From positions 2,389 to 22,115 of the forward strand of contig MTSL01000045.1 of assembly GCA_002794465.1 (NCBI GenBank): 19,727 nucleotides of DNA, in the 5' to 3' direction. The notes below the pieces were generated by a model that ran no database searches, was not told the DNA's origin, and saw only the letters and a program-made list of their open reading frames with translations. Of the stretch, positions 1 to 8,908 are shown piece by piece; positions within the stretch are counted from its first letter, which is position 1; every line of letters begins with the position of its first letter. This DNA comes from Paramicrosporidium saccamoebae KSL3. Its lineage: Eukaryota > Fungi > Cryptomycota. The translations under genes and the position numbers were made by a program.

Positions 1-695
1 GGCCGAAGTACGGCCACTTTGGAGGGTGTCAAGGCAACTTTGTCGAGTCCAGGCATACGCGCCAGACAAGCGGCTGCTATAGGTCTCTGCAAACTTGGCG
101 ACGGACCGAGCAGCAAGGTGGCATTCATAAATTTGCATGCCTCTTCACTCTTGAACAACGCCTCCAAGGCGTCATAGTCAAGAAGGTGGAACTTTTTCAT
201 ATCCGCAGAGGCCAGTGCTTTTGTCAATTCCACTGCATCTTCCTGTGCCCATGCCACTGGTATCGCTGGAATCAGTCGTTGCATCCGTGCATTAGCGCCG
301 GATGAGGAGAAGGTACGATACAGAGTACACCGACAAGCCTTGTTCGCCATCGGCTTCACTGCTAACAAATCGAGAAATTCTAGGAAAATGGGACAAACAT
401 CTTCTTGCATGACATTGAAATGTTCATCCAAGAGATTATTCACAACGGGAAGCATTTTCTCCAGATGATCTGCTTTAAGGGCGACACTACGCCAGTTTGG
501 CACGCCCAGATGACGCGAAATCATAGCATTTGCCGCTTCGGCTGTCAGAGACTCCCAGGACAGAGATCCATCAGTGGTGGGTTCCGAAATTGCAAGCAGC
601 CCAAAACGTCGCTGCAGATCTTGTTCCTCACTGATGGCAGCGTTGATAAATAGCAACCAACCTAGGGTTGCACAAAGGCACAGGAAAATCTTCAT
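1..695 (-). CDS. Hypothetical secreted protein, partial (3' end runs off the window)
   Basis: Manual translation from the ATG at 695 stays open for 231 codons to the window edge: MKIFLCLCATLGWLLFINAAISEEQDLQRRFGLLAISEPTTDGSLSWESL...IAAACLARMPGLDKVALTPSKVAVLR. The N-terminus looks like a signal peptide (K, hydrophobic core, A-A-I-S). It is absent from the ORF track, presumably because there is no stop inside the window. Confidence 0.75.
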   Translation of the reverse strand, partial: MKIFLCLCATLGWLLFINAAISEEQDLQRRFGLLAISEPTTDGSLSWESLTAEAANAMISRHLGVPNWRSVALKADHLEKMLPVVNNLLDEHFNVMQEDVCPIFLEFLDLLAVKPMANKACRCTLYRTFSSSGANARMQRLIPAIPVAWAQEDAVELTKALASADMKKFHLLDYDALEALFKSEEACKFMNATLLLGPSPSLQRPIAAACLARMPGLDKVALTPSKVAVLR

Positions 696-1295
696 AGGAC
701 CGGGGTTGACGATGCGACAGGGTGTGCTAATACATAGGCCAGTATGACAATGTCTCTATGGGAATCCCTGGCATGTAGCTATGTGATCGAGTGTATTGAT
801 TAGCCGGGCACTTGAGAATCGCCGGTACGTCATTTTCGAGACGAGGGATAGGCCGTTAGATTAACAACGAGCAAAAAGTGTGAGGTGTGACGTAGGGACT
901 TGGGATTTTCCCCACCAGGTGGCAGACAGTATCAGCTTGTGATTGGTAATCCTGACCACAATCCGGTGTGTCGAGGGCGGTAGCCTACAATGCCGCTTTT
1001 ACTAAAGAGATATTTCTTATCAACAGGCCCTTACTTCCAATCTGGATCTGTATACATAAAAGGTTCACACACACACTGATGGTTCCAATATCCTTGTTTA
1101 CGCGTTCGCTGCCCGTTTTAGGGGCTCTATGCACTACCGTCACAAAGTAATGGGGCCCTTATATTTAGATCTGCTACTGGTTTAGAGTTCCGTCATAGAA
1201 CTGATTATACCCGTCTTACAATAATGGGAAATACAAGAGATTTACTCGAGCCCTCCAAATGATTTTTTAATTAATTAGTAAGTATCTTTAGAGGG

Positions 1296-3958
1296 ATGGA
1301 GCAGGTGCAGGCTGCAGTCAAGTCGCTCCATGCACCGGGAGACGCAGCGACACAACGACACGCACTAAATTTTTTGGAACGCTTTCAAAACTCGGTAGGG
1401 AGACGGAGGGATTGACCTGTTAGGTGGAGGCGTGGGACATTTCGGTGGCAATGCTGAGACAGGGAGACGGGTCGCTGGAATGTCGGTTCTTTGCAGCGCA
1501 AACGTTGAAGCATAAAGTTGTCTCGGATTATTCACAATTGGAAGAGGGGATGGCAGGAGCATTGAAAACGACTCTGTGGGAATTTTTACGGGGAGAGCGG
1601 GGGAGGACGGTGGGAGCACAACTGGTGCTTGGACTGGCGGCGCTGATAGTGCAAACGACAGAGGATGGAAACACAGTGGGCTCTCTACTGGAAGAGTTGG
1701 ATGCAGTGCCAGAGGGAGTTTTGGGAGTGTTGGGCTGTGTTCCCGAACAGTTGGCCAACCCACTGATCCACATGACGGGAGCCCAATTGGAGAGACAAAA
1801 ACGACACTTGTTGGAGTTTAATGTGGATCGGGTGATAGCCGCAGTGACTACACGATTAACAGGAAATGAACATCGAGAAGCCCTTCTTGCCTGTCTCCTC
1901 GCATGGATTAAATACGGCCCTGCTAGTCCAGAAGTGATTGGCTCCGAAAGGATATTGAGAACGTTGCTGCAAACGCTGTTGGAGGATGTGCAAAATGAAG
2001 GGACAACCTTACGGACGGGTTGCGAGGTGCTCTGTGAGCTCTTCTTCCGTCTTTTTCAGATCAGCGACGCTCCGTCAGAGGGGTTTCTGCGGGTACTGGT
2101 GGAGGGATTGGACCGACTACGCCCCGCTCTGCAACACTTGTTAAAGACGGACGATTCTCACGACGAAGAGGAGACGTCGGCATTGGCAGTGGGACGAATC
2201 TATCTGGAGGCGGGCGAGGCCTTTCTTCCATGGATTCTCAATGATCCGCGTGCCATGCAAATTGTCCTGGAGGCAGCACTAATGTTGGCAGAGAATACAA
2301 ATGGAAATTTGAAAATGGTAGAGGCGACCTTTCCCTTTTGGAGTCTGTTGGAAGAACGTCTATCGGGAGCCAATGAAACATTACGGGAGCCATTTGTGCC
2401 AGTGTTGGAGCGACTATTCCGATCATTAGTGTCTCTCCATCTTGCTTTTCCCCTATCAGATACCATGACCGCTGAGGAACGCGATCAGTTCCGCGATTTC
2501 CGTCACGTCATTGGCGACTGTCTCAAGGACTGCACCCGTATCATTGGCTCCACTGCCGCCCTCTCCCTCATCGTCACCATGTTGAAGGAAGCCGATGTGG
2601 CGCAGTCCTGGGAACACGTGGGGGGCGATGCAAACCAGGCGTCGTGGCAGCGGGTGGAGGCTGTTCTCTTCTCCCTGCGCACCATTTCGTCGTCAGTGGA
2701 TCGACGCGAATCCGAGGCTATGCCTGTCATTGCCGCAATGCTGCTCCGTCTGGTGCAGGGGACTCCCAATCCCAAATTGGTGTATGCCGTGGTACTCAAT
2801 ATTGGATGCTATGCTGATTGGGTGCGCTATCACGTAGAATTTCTGTCGCCCTTCCTTACTGTCCTCGGTGGCAGCATTGGCGATCATCCTGCTGCCACAG
2901 CCATGGCCCTTAAATACCTCTGCCAATCCTGTGCATCGCTGATGGTTCCACACGAGGCCACTCTAAGGTCTCTGTATACTCAATCCATTGCCTGTTTGGC
3001 CGCACGGGAAATGCAAGATTTTAGCGAGGCCGTCTCCAATGTGCTCTTGGCGGTGCCTGAGGAAACTTTTGCCCATCTATTCCCGCCCTATGTTGCCCCC
3101 TGGTTGTCCCTATTGACAAGCAAACCTGCAGATGCTCTGGATAACTTGGCCGTGTTTATTGAGGTGCTGTCGCGTCCCTCCCCGGCCATGGACGCCTTTG
3201 TGGGTCAACTGCTCCCTCATCTGCCTGCGGTTGTTGATCGCAGCCATAGACACGAGCCCACCATGGACAGTCTGGTCATGTTGCTGCGTGCCGTAGTGGC
3301 TCATCATCCCAAATACAGTTTGGCATTGATGGATCTGCTCGACCTAATGTTTTCTCGACATTCCATTTCCGGAGCACTCTATGTCATCCGTCATGCTGTC
3401 ATGTGTGACCCTCCGGTGCTGCCGTATGCACGAGCACAACAATGTCTCCATTCGGCCCTGGACATTGCTGAATCCCGACCAGCGGGGCTGTCTGATCTAA
3501 TGCAGTTAGCCACCGCCATTCTCGACTTTTACACTCAATTCCTCGACGATCCCCTGTTGGCACGCGTACTGAACATGGGACAGGTGATCCTGGCTGCCGA
3601 TCCAGTGACGCCCTCTGAACTGATTGCCGCACTGTCATTTTTAGCTCATCTGCTGCAACATTCTCGAATCGCAGGAGAAGGAGTGGCCACGTGTGTGCAT
3701 GCAGTGCTTTGCGCCTTGCCCCAACTCATTCCCACAAATATTCTCCCCGATGTCGCTGCTGTGCTCCGTCGTTATTACATTCTCGATCCCGTCCGATCAC
3801 GTGCTTATTTTTCTGCTCTACTCGCTGCCCTTCCCAACCTCACTGATCGAGAGCGTTCGGTATGGTTGGACAAGTTTGGTGTGGCCGTTGAAGGTAAACC
3901 GCGTGAGATGAAGGAAATGTTGGGGGCCTTTATTGCCGTGTGTCGGCGGCGTCTTTAA
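1296..3958 (+). CDS. MTR10: Transportin-SR / importin-beta family nuclear import receptor Mtr10 (exons 1296-1394 and 1424-3958; 877 aa)
   Basis: The spliced N-terminus MEQVQAAVKSLHAPGDAATQRHALNFLERFQNS|VEAWDI fits the importin-beta N-terminal LE-x-FQ-x-S-x-EAW motif. It also has FFAAQTLKHKV, FRDFRHVIGDCLKDC, WQRVEAVLFSLR and IGCYADWVRYH, typical of Mtr10/TNPO3, in a Leu-rich HEAT-like sequence. Confidence 0.9.
1395..1423 (+). other. 29-nt spliceosomal intron in MTR10
   Basis: gtagggagacggagggattgacctgttag: GT...AG with a TTGAC branch-like motif. Removal joins exon 1 in frame to the 844-aa ORF and restores the conserved motif. Confidence 0.9.
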
Positions 3959-4044
3959 TAAATTGTGTATTCTGAGACGTGGAAACTAATTGGCGCTAAA
4001 GCATGTGGCACACTAGTCATAGGCGGATAGCGTTCTGAGACGTA

Positions 4045-4305
4045 GACGTAGAGGCAGAGGATTGATTAGTCGGGTATTTGACGTAGAGGGTTGATTAGTT
4101 TAGAAAAGACTGAGTTGCTGGGTATTTGAGGACAGCGAGATGTATTTGTGTGCTAGAGTGGATCGCTTTGCTGGGTATTTGGGGACAGTAAGACATGTAT
4201 GCATACTATTTATCCCCACTACGCGACATGTGCATCCATACTATTCTAGGATTAGCAGTGAACAATCCCCCTTCCCGTCCATACTATTTACCCCCACTAC
4301 GCGAC
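4045..4305 (+). repeat. Dispersed modular repeat, copy 1 (inverted relative to 11621-11889)
   Basis: A gap-free core of about 160 bp matches the reverse complement of copy 2 with about 16 mismatches by manual count. Internal sub-repeats are gacgtagaggcagaggattgattagtcgggtattt, gctgggtatttg(a/g)ggaca (x2) and catactattta(t/c)ccccactacgcgac (x2). Confidence 0.9.
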
Positions 4306-4346
4306 GGTTCAACAATCTTTTGTATGTACTAAATTATCACTCATCC

Positions 4347-5090
4347 CTATTTTATGTATTTAAAGCGATATGCAAAAACAGTCTTCATCAGGTCTGCATC
4401 TCCTCGCGAGTTGGCCACAACCAATTCATCATATTTATGTGTCTCGACGAGAATCGTTTCCATTTGCAACTCATCCCGCACTAGTTGCAGTAGAGCCAAA
4501 TCGCGGTCCTGATACCATGGTCGGTAATGTGAGAACACACACCAAACCGTCCCTTCAGGACTCAGACAATCCTTTATGGATCGCAGCAGTTTGTAGTGTT
4601 CACTGTGGTTGAAGATGACATCACACATGATGATCATGTCAAATTGTGTGCTATTATTTTGAGATAGCACCAATGTCGAATCTGCACCCCATAGATAGCC
4701 TTTTGCTGTGATCCGTTTCTGCGCTTCCTCGTCAAGAAGACTGTCAATGTTCTTTTGAATATTCACAATCAGTTCGTTGTCTGGATAGTCCGTCACCACG
4801 ACCTTGTGGGCTCCAGCCTCGGCAGCAAGAATAGAGGGCAGACCTGCACCGGCTCCCAATTCCAAAATTGTCTTTCCACGAAACTCGTCCGGGTGGGTGC
4901 AGATATAGTCGCTTAGCCAGTGGGCTCCGTTCCACAGATAGTTTGCCCAAAGGACATGGTGTCCCACCACACACACCTGCAGCGTATCTCCCGACGGTCG
5001 AGTGTAGTTGATTACTTTTTCTGCAGGATGCACTATCCTTTTCTCATCCTCTGCTTCCACAAATAGGCCTCCCAGCTCGGAGTCACTCAT
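4347..5090 (-). CDS. EFM7: Protein N-terminal and lysine N-methyltransferase Efm7/Nnt1 (class I SAM methyltransferase; 247 aa)
   Basis: VVGHHVLWANYLWNG, GKTILELGAGAGLPS (SAM motif I), VVVTDYPD, GYLWG and DVIFNHSEH match the Nnt1/Efm7 family. The start is placed at the ATG at 5090 (MSDSELGGLF), because the ORF-track extension is translated intergenic repeat. Confidence 0.88.
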   Translation of the reverse strand: MSDSELGGLFVEAEDEKRIVHPAEKVINYTRPSGDTLQVCVVGHHVLWANYLWNGAHWLSDYICTHPDEFRGKTILELGAGAGLPSILAAEAGAHKVVVTDYPDNELIVNIQKNIDSLLDEEAQKRITAKGYLWGADSTLVLSQNNSTQFDMIIMCDVIFNHSEHYKLLRSIKDCLSPEGTVWCVFSHYRPWYQDRDLALLQLVRDELQMETILVETHKYDELVVANSRGDADLMKTVFAYRFKYIK

Positions 5091-5209
5091 TCCAACCAGC
5101 CAGCCAGCCAAGCAAACCCGATAACCCAAGTAAACCAGGTAATTCAGATAACCCAGGTAAACCAGACCAACCAACCAACCAAACCAACCAGATAAGCCAG
5201 ATAAACTGT
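5091..5209. repeat. Low-complexity spacer: degenerate 9-bp units (gataaccca/ggtaaacca) plus (ccaa)n and (ccag)n
   Basis: gataaccca agtaaacca ggtaattca gataaccca ggtaaacca followed by gaccaaccaaccaaccaaacc. It fills almost the whole gap between two minus-strand genes. Confidence 0.8.
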
Positions 5210-5676
5210 TTATTCATTTTCCGGTGGACTCTTTCGGCTTTGGATATGATCTTGGATCAGATTTATAACACGATTCCGCAGTTGCGCTGCTTGCACTGCC
5301 ACGGTTATCGCTACGTGTTACAAATAACGGAGAGAGGGCTTAATACCGTCAATCTGAAGTGATTTGCACATGGCAAGCAGCTGTTGATTTCCAAGATAAC
5401 CAGTCTTTTGAAGCTTTGTTACCTGTCTCCTCTTCAACTGCCAATTGTCTTCACCACTATCAATGAGCATATTATCAAAGTGACACCATTCCACTGTGAC
5501 TACGGCCGTGGCTACATCTGGGGGAATGAGCGGCGACTTGGTAGCTTCAATCTTGGCCATTATCAGACGAGCCTATCCATTAGAATTCCACGTCTTTTCT
5601 TTACCTTGCCAAGACATTTGGAGACGGCTTCGAGGGATTCCAGGTACTGGTCGTATGCTTCAATAATCTTCTCCAT
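5210..5676 (-). CDS. Probable Vma22/CCDC115-like V-ATPase assembly factor (exons 5676-5605, 5572-5347, 5310-5210)
   Basis: Manual splicing gives MEKIIEAYDQYLESLEAVSKCLGK|ARLIMAKIEATKSPLIPPDVATAVVTVE...WQLKRRQVTKLQKTGYLGNQQLLAMCKSLQID|AITVAVQAAQLRNRVINLIQDHIQSRKSPPENE*. The N-terminal coiled helix and the C-terminal G-x-L...D-A-I-x-x-A...A-x-L-x-N-R-V pattern resemble CCDC115/Vma22 as recalled. A further in-frame 30-nt intron in exon 2 is possible. Confidence 0.5.
5311..5346 (-). other. 36-nt intron (Vma22-like gene)
   Basis: gtattaagccctctctccgttatttgtaacacgtag: it contains the in-frame TAA that ends the ORF-track ORF. The branch-like GTAAC A is followed by 7 nt to the intron end, as in neighbouring introns. 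Confidence 0.6.
5573..5604 (-). other. 32-nt intron (Vma22-like gene)
   Basis: gtaaagaaaagacgtggaattctaatggatag: GTAAAG donor, CTAAT branch, TAG acceptor; phase 0 join. Confidence 0.8.
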
Positions 5677-5855
5677 CCCCCGGACATTCTATTAGGACAT
5701 TTTTGTTATGAGAGTTGTTATGCGATTTTGTTACGAGACCTCGTTATGAAATTTGGTGGCTCTTCAATAAGGCACTAGAGGCTGTCCCGACTCGCGATAT
5801 AGATCAACTCGAGCTTGCAGTAATGATAACCACTACTTATATCTGCATAAATCTA

Positions 5856-5925
5856 CCCACGCAAATTCGCCCACGCAAATTCACCCACACAAATCCGCTC
5901 ACATAAATTTACTCACACAACTTTA
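5856..5925. repeat. Five degenerate 14-bp tandem units just downstream of the VMA10 stop
   Basis: cccacgcaaattcg cccacgcaaattca cccacacaaatccg ctcacataaattta ctcacacaacttta. Confidence 0.85.
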
Positions 5926-5935
5926 TTCCTCACAT

Positions 5936-6354
5936 CTAATTTCCTTCGCGCATACGGAGGGCTGCGTTACGGTGAATCTGCGGCTCCACCTTTATCACTG
6001 TCGCCAGTAAAACTTTGGCCGCCTCGGCACTCTTCTGTTCGCCCACCCTCTTAATCTCTTCCAGTGCGACTGCCGTCTCTCGTCCGTATTCCTCCACCGT
6101 CGCCTCCAGACTGCCCATAACTGTTCTCTCATATTCCGTATATTCCGTCTGTTTGGAGCGTTTCAACGCCTCAATCTCGTGGTGGGCGTCGGCACGGGCA
6201 TCCTTCAAACGTTGCACACGGTCTACTCATTAATCATTTGCACAGCAACAGTACATTGACGAGCTGCCTGGATTTGGCGGTTTGCCTCTTTTTCAGCGTC
6301 AAGGAGCACTTGCACGCCTGGTGCTGCCACTGTGGGTGTTGCGGGAGTGGACAT
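5936..6354 (-). CDS. VMA10: V-type H+-ATPase subunit G (exons 6354-6255 and 6222-5936; 128 aa)
   Basis: The spliced protein MSTPATPTVAAPGVQVLLDAEKEANRQIQAARQY|RVQRLKDARADAHHEIEALK... fits the subunit G signature G-[IV]-x-x-LL-x-AEKEA...AR-x-x-R-x-x-[RK]LK-x-A. Confidence 0.95.
6223..6254 (-). other. 32-nt intron in VMA10
   Basis: gtactgttgctgtgcaaatgattaatgagtag: TTAAT branch-like motif; a phase 1 join restores the Tyr-Arg codons. Confidence 0.92.
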
Positions 6355-6802
6355 GACTACAACTAGCCGGGGTGTCCACCCCTATTATTGTGGATCCATG
6401 ACATTTGTACTAGACAATGAGCAAGTGTAATCCAGTGATGTTTATTGTAGATTGTTTGGTGCGTGGCGGGTGATTATTGTGGGGCGGTGCAAGGAATTTA
6501 ATTACCAGCTTAGATTCATGATGCATTAGCTATTTATAATGCTACCACTGCGATTTGTTTGGGTGGGAGAAAACTCTTTGTATAAATTTATAAGCTACTA
6601 AATGATCAGGCGTATCGAATACTATTAATTCTATACCAGATAGGTGAGGTGTCTCGTAGGATATACTCAATTTTTCCGACCATTCTGCAAAATCTGTCTT
6701 GGCTTCAATCACGTCGCAAAAGTTGATGGCTGATATGCATAACAAGAACTCGACTACATTACAATTGATGGCTCCATCACGCCGAACTTGAATATAGACG
6801 CT

Positions 6803-7387
6803 TTATTGCTTGTGGTGTGCGCCAACAGCAAATAACATGTCATCTTTGGGTACTTGAAGCTTCTTTAACGCAATTGAGGCCTTTCTTTCTTCCGCCACCA
6901 GCAGTTCTGGTTTCAAGTTAAAGTTTACTGGGTTTTCAATCGCTTCCCTTATGCGCTGGTCAAGATTTTCTTTTGTAATCATTGTGCCTTCTAGCTGCTT
7001 ACTGAGCATGGTAATTTGCTTTCTCTTCATCACCTGAACCTGCACCAGTGCCTTTGACATGTTCTCTACACCTTCCAACCTCATCTCTTGGCTTTTTATC
7101 ACTCGCCTCACTGGCCTACAGCGATGTCTATCCCTTGTGAGATCGGAGGTTGGATCATTCAGTTTTGTCCGCACACCCTCCAAATACTTGTTCCATTCGG
7201 CATCTCGCTTCAAGGAGCGTGTCTGACGGTCGGCAGCCTGTTTCTGGGCTCTTGTTGGAACAGCAGCAAATTCTAAGCGGTATTTTTGACGAGTCTTGCG
7301 GAGGGCTGTTTGATACTCTATTAGCTCGGCATTGCGGGCCGCACTTACCCCGCGGAGTGTGGAAAAGAGTCTGCTGAACCCGGTCAT
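6803..7387 (-). CDS. MRPS26: Mitochondrial small-subunit ribosomal protein mS26 (MRPS26/Pet12-like; 194 aa)
   Basis: The ATG at 7387 gives a mitochondrial-presequence-like start, MTGFSRLFSTLRGVSAAR. YQTALRKTRQKYRLEF and MITKENLDQRIREAIENPVNFN resemble the mS26 motifs (FITRENLEARVEAALD-x-x-x-NYN). Confidence 0.75.
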   Translation of the reverse strand: MTGFSRLFSTLRGVSAARNAELIEYQTALRKTRQKYRLEFAAVPTRAQKQAADRQTRSLKRDAEWNKYLEGVRTKLNDPTSDLTRDRHRCRPVRRVIKSQEMRLEGVENMSKALVQVQVMKRKQITMLSKQLEGTMITKENLDQRIREAIENPVNFNLKPELLVAEERKASIALKKLQVPKDDMLFAVGAHHKQ

Positions 7388-7469
7388 TCCAGAATCCACA
7401 AAGTAATTTAGTTTATCTTTTTCTATTACATAATACTGAAGTTTGCAATCGTCTCCCATTGCTATTGAA

Positions 7470-8471
7470 TCATAGCCCAAAATGCTCATTTTCAACCTGT
7501 GCCCTCCGTTTAATGGACGGTTGACCACTGATGAAATAGTCAAACGCATAAATACTGTTGTTCATCACCTTGGGGACGTGCTCCAGGCCTTTTGACAAAC
7601 ATTTCATCATGCCATATCTTCCAACCGACGCATCGGCCGCATGCATAAAGCTAATGTTTGCCGCATTCTCTACAACTCTCCAGCCATTCTCAAAGAGCAG
7701 CAGGAGGATATCGGCAATAGGCATTGCTCCTTCCAGCGGCTCCGCAGGAAATCCAAATAGAGAAAACATGGCAATGTTATCTACCACCCAGAGCATCAAG
7801 AAGCGCAAAACAGCGTGCTTCGCCAAATATAGGAGATCGTGAAGTAGCGGATAATTGAGAGAGAGCAAGGCGATGCCCTGCATGATGAGCGCCATTTGCT
7901 GTTCCTCGGGGAGGTTGGCTGGAACTGTCACTACCTGTCCGAACAGGCTGCCATGAACACCATAATGCGATCCGCTGCGTAGGGACACTGTCGGGTAGAC
8001 TGGATTTTCGATGGGGACACCCATGTTTTGAAAGACAAATACTTCTGCAGCCTCCATGCCCACAAGAAAGACAATATCCAATATAAGAAATACCCCAAAA
8101 GTCACGAGTCTTTGGTGTTTCATCGTAAAGTGTAAAGCCATCTCAAATAACAAACTGTTCACCACGGTGACAAGATAGAAATACAGCCCAAAGGATGGAT
8201 CGGCAAAAAAGCCGAGATTGGCTATCACGTCCCAACCTACCACAAAAAGCAAAGTCCCATGCTCCAGTCGTTTGCAATACCTCCAGCACCTCCCCAGCAT
8301 TCCAAATGCGAGACAAAAGATGGGGAGCATATTATTCCACAGCGGGACGGCAAGACTCTGTAATGCAAACCTGACCGTTTTTTCGTCGGCCGAGTAGAAG
8401 AGTTGTAGCCCAACTACCAGTAGATACGTCACCATACACAGCGCGAATGACAAGAGAAGGATTTTCTGCAT
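7470..8471 (-). CDS. Divergent Ste24/ZMPSTE24-like (peptidase M48) multi-pass membrane protein lacking HExxH; probable pseudoprotease (333 aa)
   Basis: It has several TM segments, and the order of motifs follows Ste24: DEKTVRFALQS...LW...FGMLGRCWRY; SLRSGSHYGVHG; LPEEQQMALIMQGIAL at the HELGH position; FSLFGF; ISFMHAADASVGRYG at the RRFEFQADAFA position; SGQPSIKRRA at the SHPPLLERL position. The start is set at MQKILLLSF; an upstream in-frame extension to 8603 exists. Confidence 0.55.
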   Translation of the reverse strand: MQKILLLSFALCMVTYLLVVGLQLFYSADEKTVRFALQSLAVPLWNNMLPIFCLAFGMLGRCWRYCKRLEHGTLLFVVGWDVIANLGFFADPSFGLYFYLVTVVNSLLFEMALHFTMKHQRLVTFGVFLILDIVFLVGMEAAEVFVFQNMGVPIENPVYPTVSLRSGSHYGVHGSLFGQVVTVPANLPEEQQMALIMQGIALLSLNYPLLHDLLYLAKHAVLRFLMLWVVDNIAMFSLFGFPAEPLEGAMPIADILLLLFENGWRVVENAANISFMHAADASVGRYGMMKCLSKGLEHVPKVMNNSIYAFDYFISGQPSIKRRAQVENEHFGL

Positions 8472-8620
8472 TTTAGAGAGTATAAGCAGCGATTGCGTTG
8501 CGGCTAGGAAGCTGTGTTTGCCTATGGTTTGTTCTACTGCCGCACATAAGGCGTATGTGGAAGTGGCACGTGATTCCCCTGCCGATTCACTTTTAAAGGG
8601 CACTGAAAGATGTTAAAATT

Positions 8621-8805
8621 TAATAGGGTTAGCGAGCGGATATGTATACAGAGCCTAATAGTCGGCTTGAATATTACTCTAATAGGGTTAGCGAGAGGAC
8701 CCAGACACAAAAAGCCTAATGGCTGACTTGAAGATTGCTCTAATATGGTTAGCCAGAGGATTCGGACACGAGAAGCCTAATGGCCGACTTGAAGTCTTAT
8801 TACTC
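8621..8805. repeat. Three degenerate ~60-bp tandem units in a divergent intergenic region
   Basis: Units are 8621-8679, 8680-8740 and 8741-8805. They share taatagggttagcgagagga...agcctaatggc-gacttgaa-attactc, with a more variable 11-13 nt middle. Confidence 0.88.
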
Positions 8806-8908
8806 AAAATGATGGTATGATTGGTATCTTAACTAGCTCTAACCTCAACAATATAGCTGTTGGTGGGTTACGGAAATTAAATACATTTCATTTCGGGCCT
8901 TGGTTGCA

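Noticed and set aside
3970-4043. 11-bp direct repeat ttctgagacgt (3970-3980 and 4033-4043), with Pol III A/B-box-like words nearby
   Set aside because: Both copies lie on the same side of the element, so it is not a target-site duplication. The box matches are imperfect and no tRNA cloverleaf could be built.
4140-4484. ORFs 4140-4484 (+) and 11537-11815 (-) sharing YLCARVDRFAGYL...PTTRHVHPYYSRI
   Set aside because: The similarity comes from the DNA repeat. Starts and ends do not correspond, and the first ORF runs antisense into EFM7. There is no support for a protein family.
5091-5174. N-terminal extension of the EFM7 ORF (MVGLVYLGYLNYLVYLGY...)
   Set aside because: It is the translation of a 9-bp intergenic repeat from a non-ATG start.
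6542-6802. 67-aa minus-strand ORF that could be linked by a 33-nt GT-AG segment to the frame following the mS26 stop
   Set aside because: There is no ATG-initiated model, no clear branch motif and no recognisable protein. Probably chance.
7388-7549. 54-aa N-terminal extension of the mS26 ORF
   Set aside because: It overlaps the Ste24-like gene's 3' end and would mask the presequence-like start at 7387.
8621-8805. CRISPR-like repeat-spacer appearance
   Set aside because: The context is eukaryotic, there are no cas genes, there are only three units, and the variable parts are 11-13 nt and related to each other. Treated as a degenerate tandem repeat.
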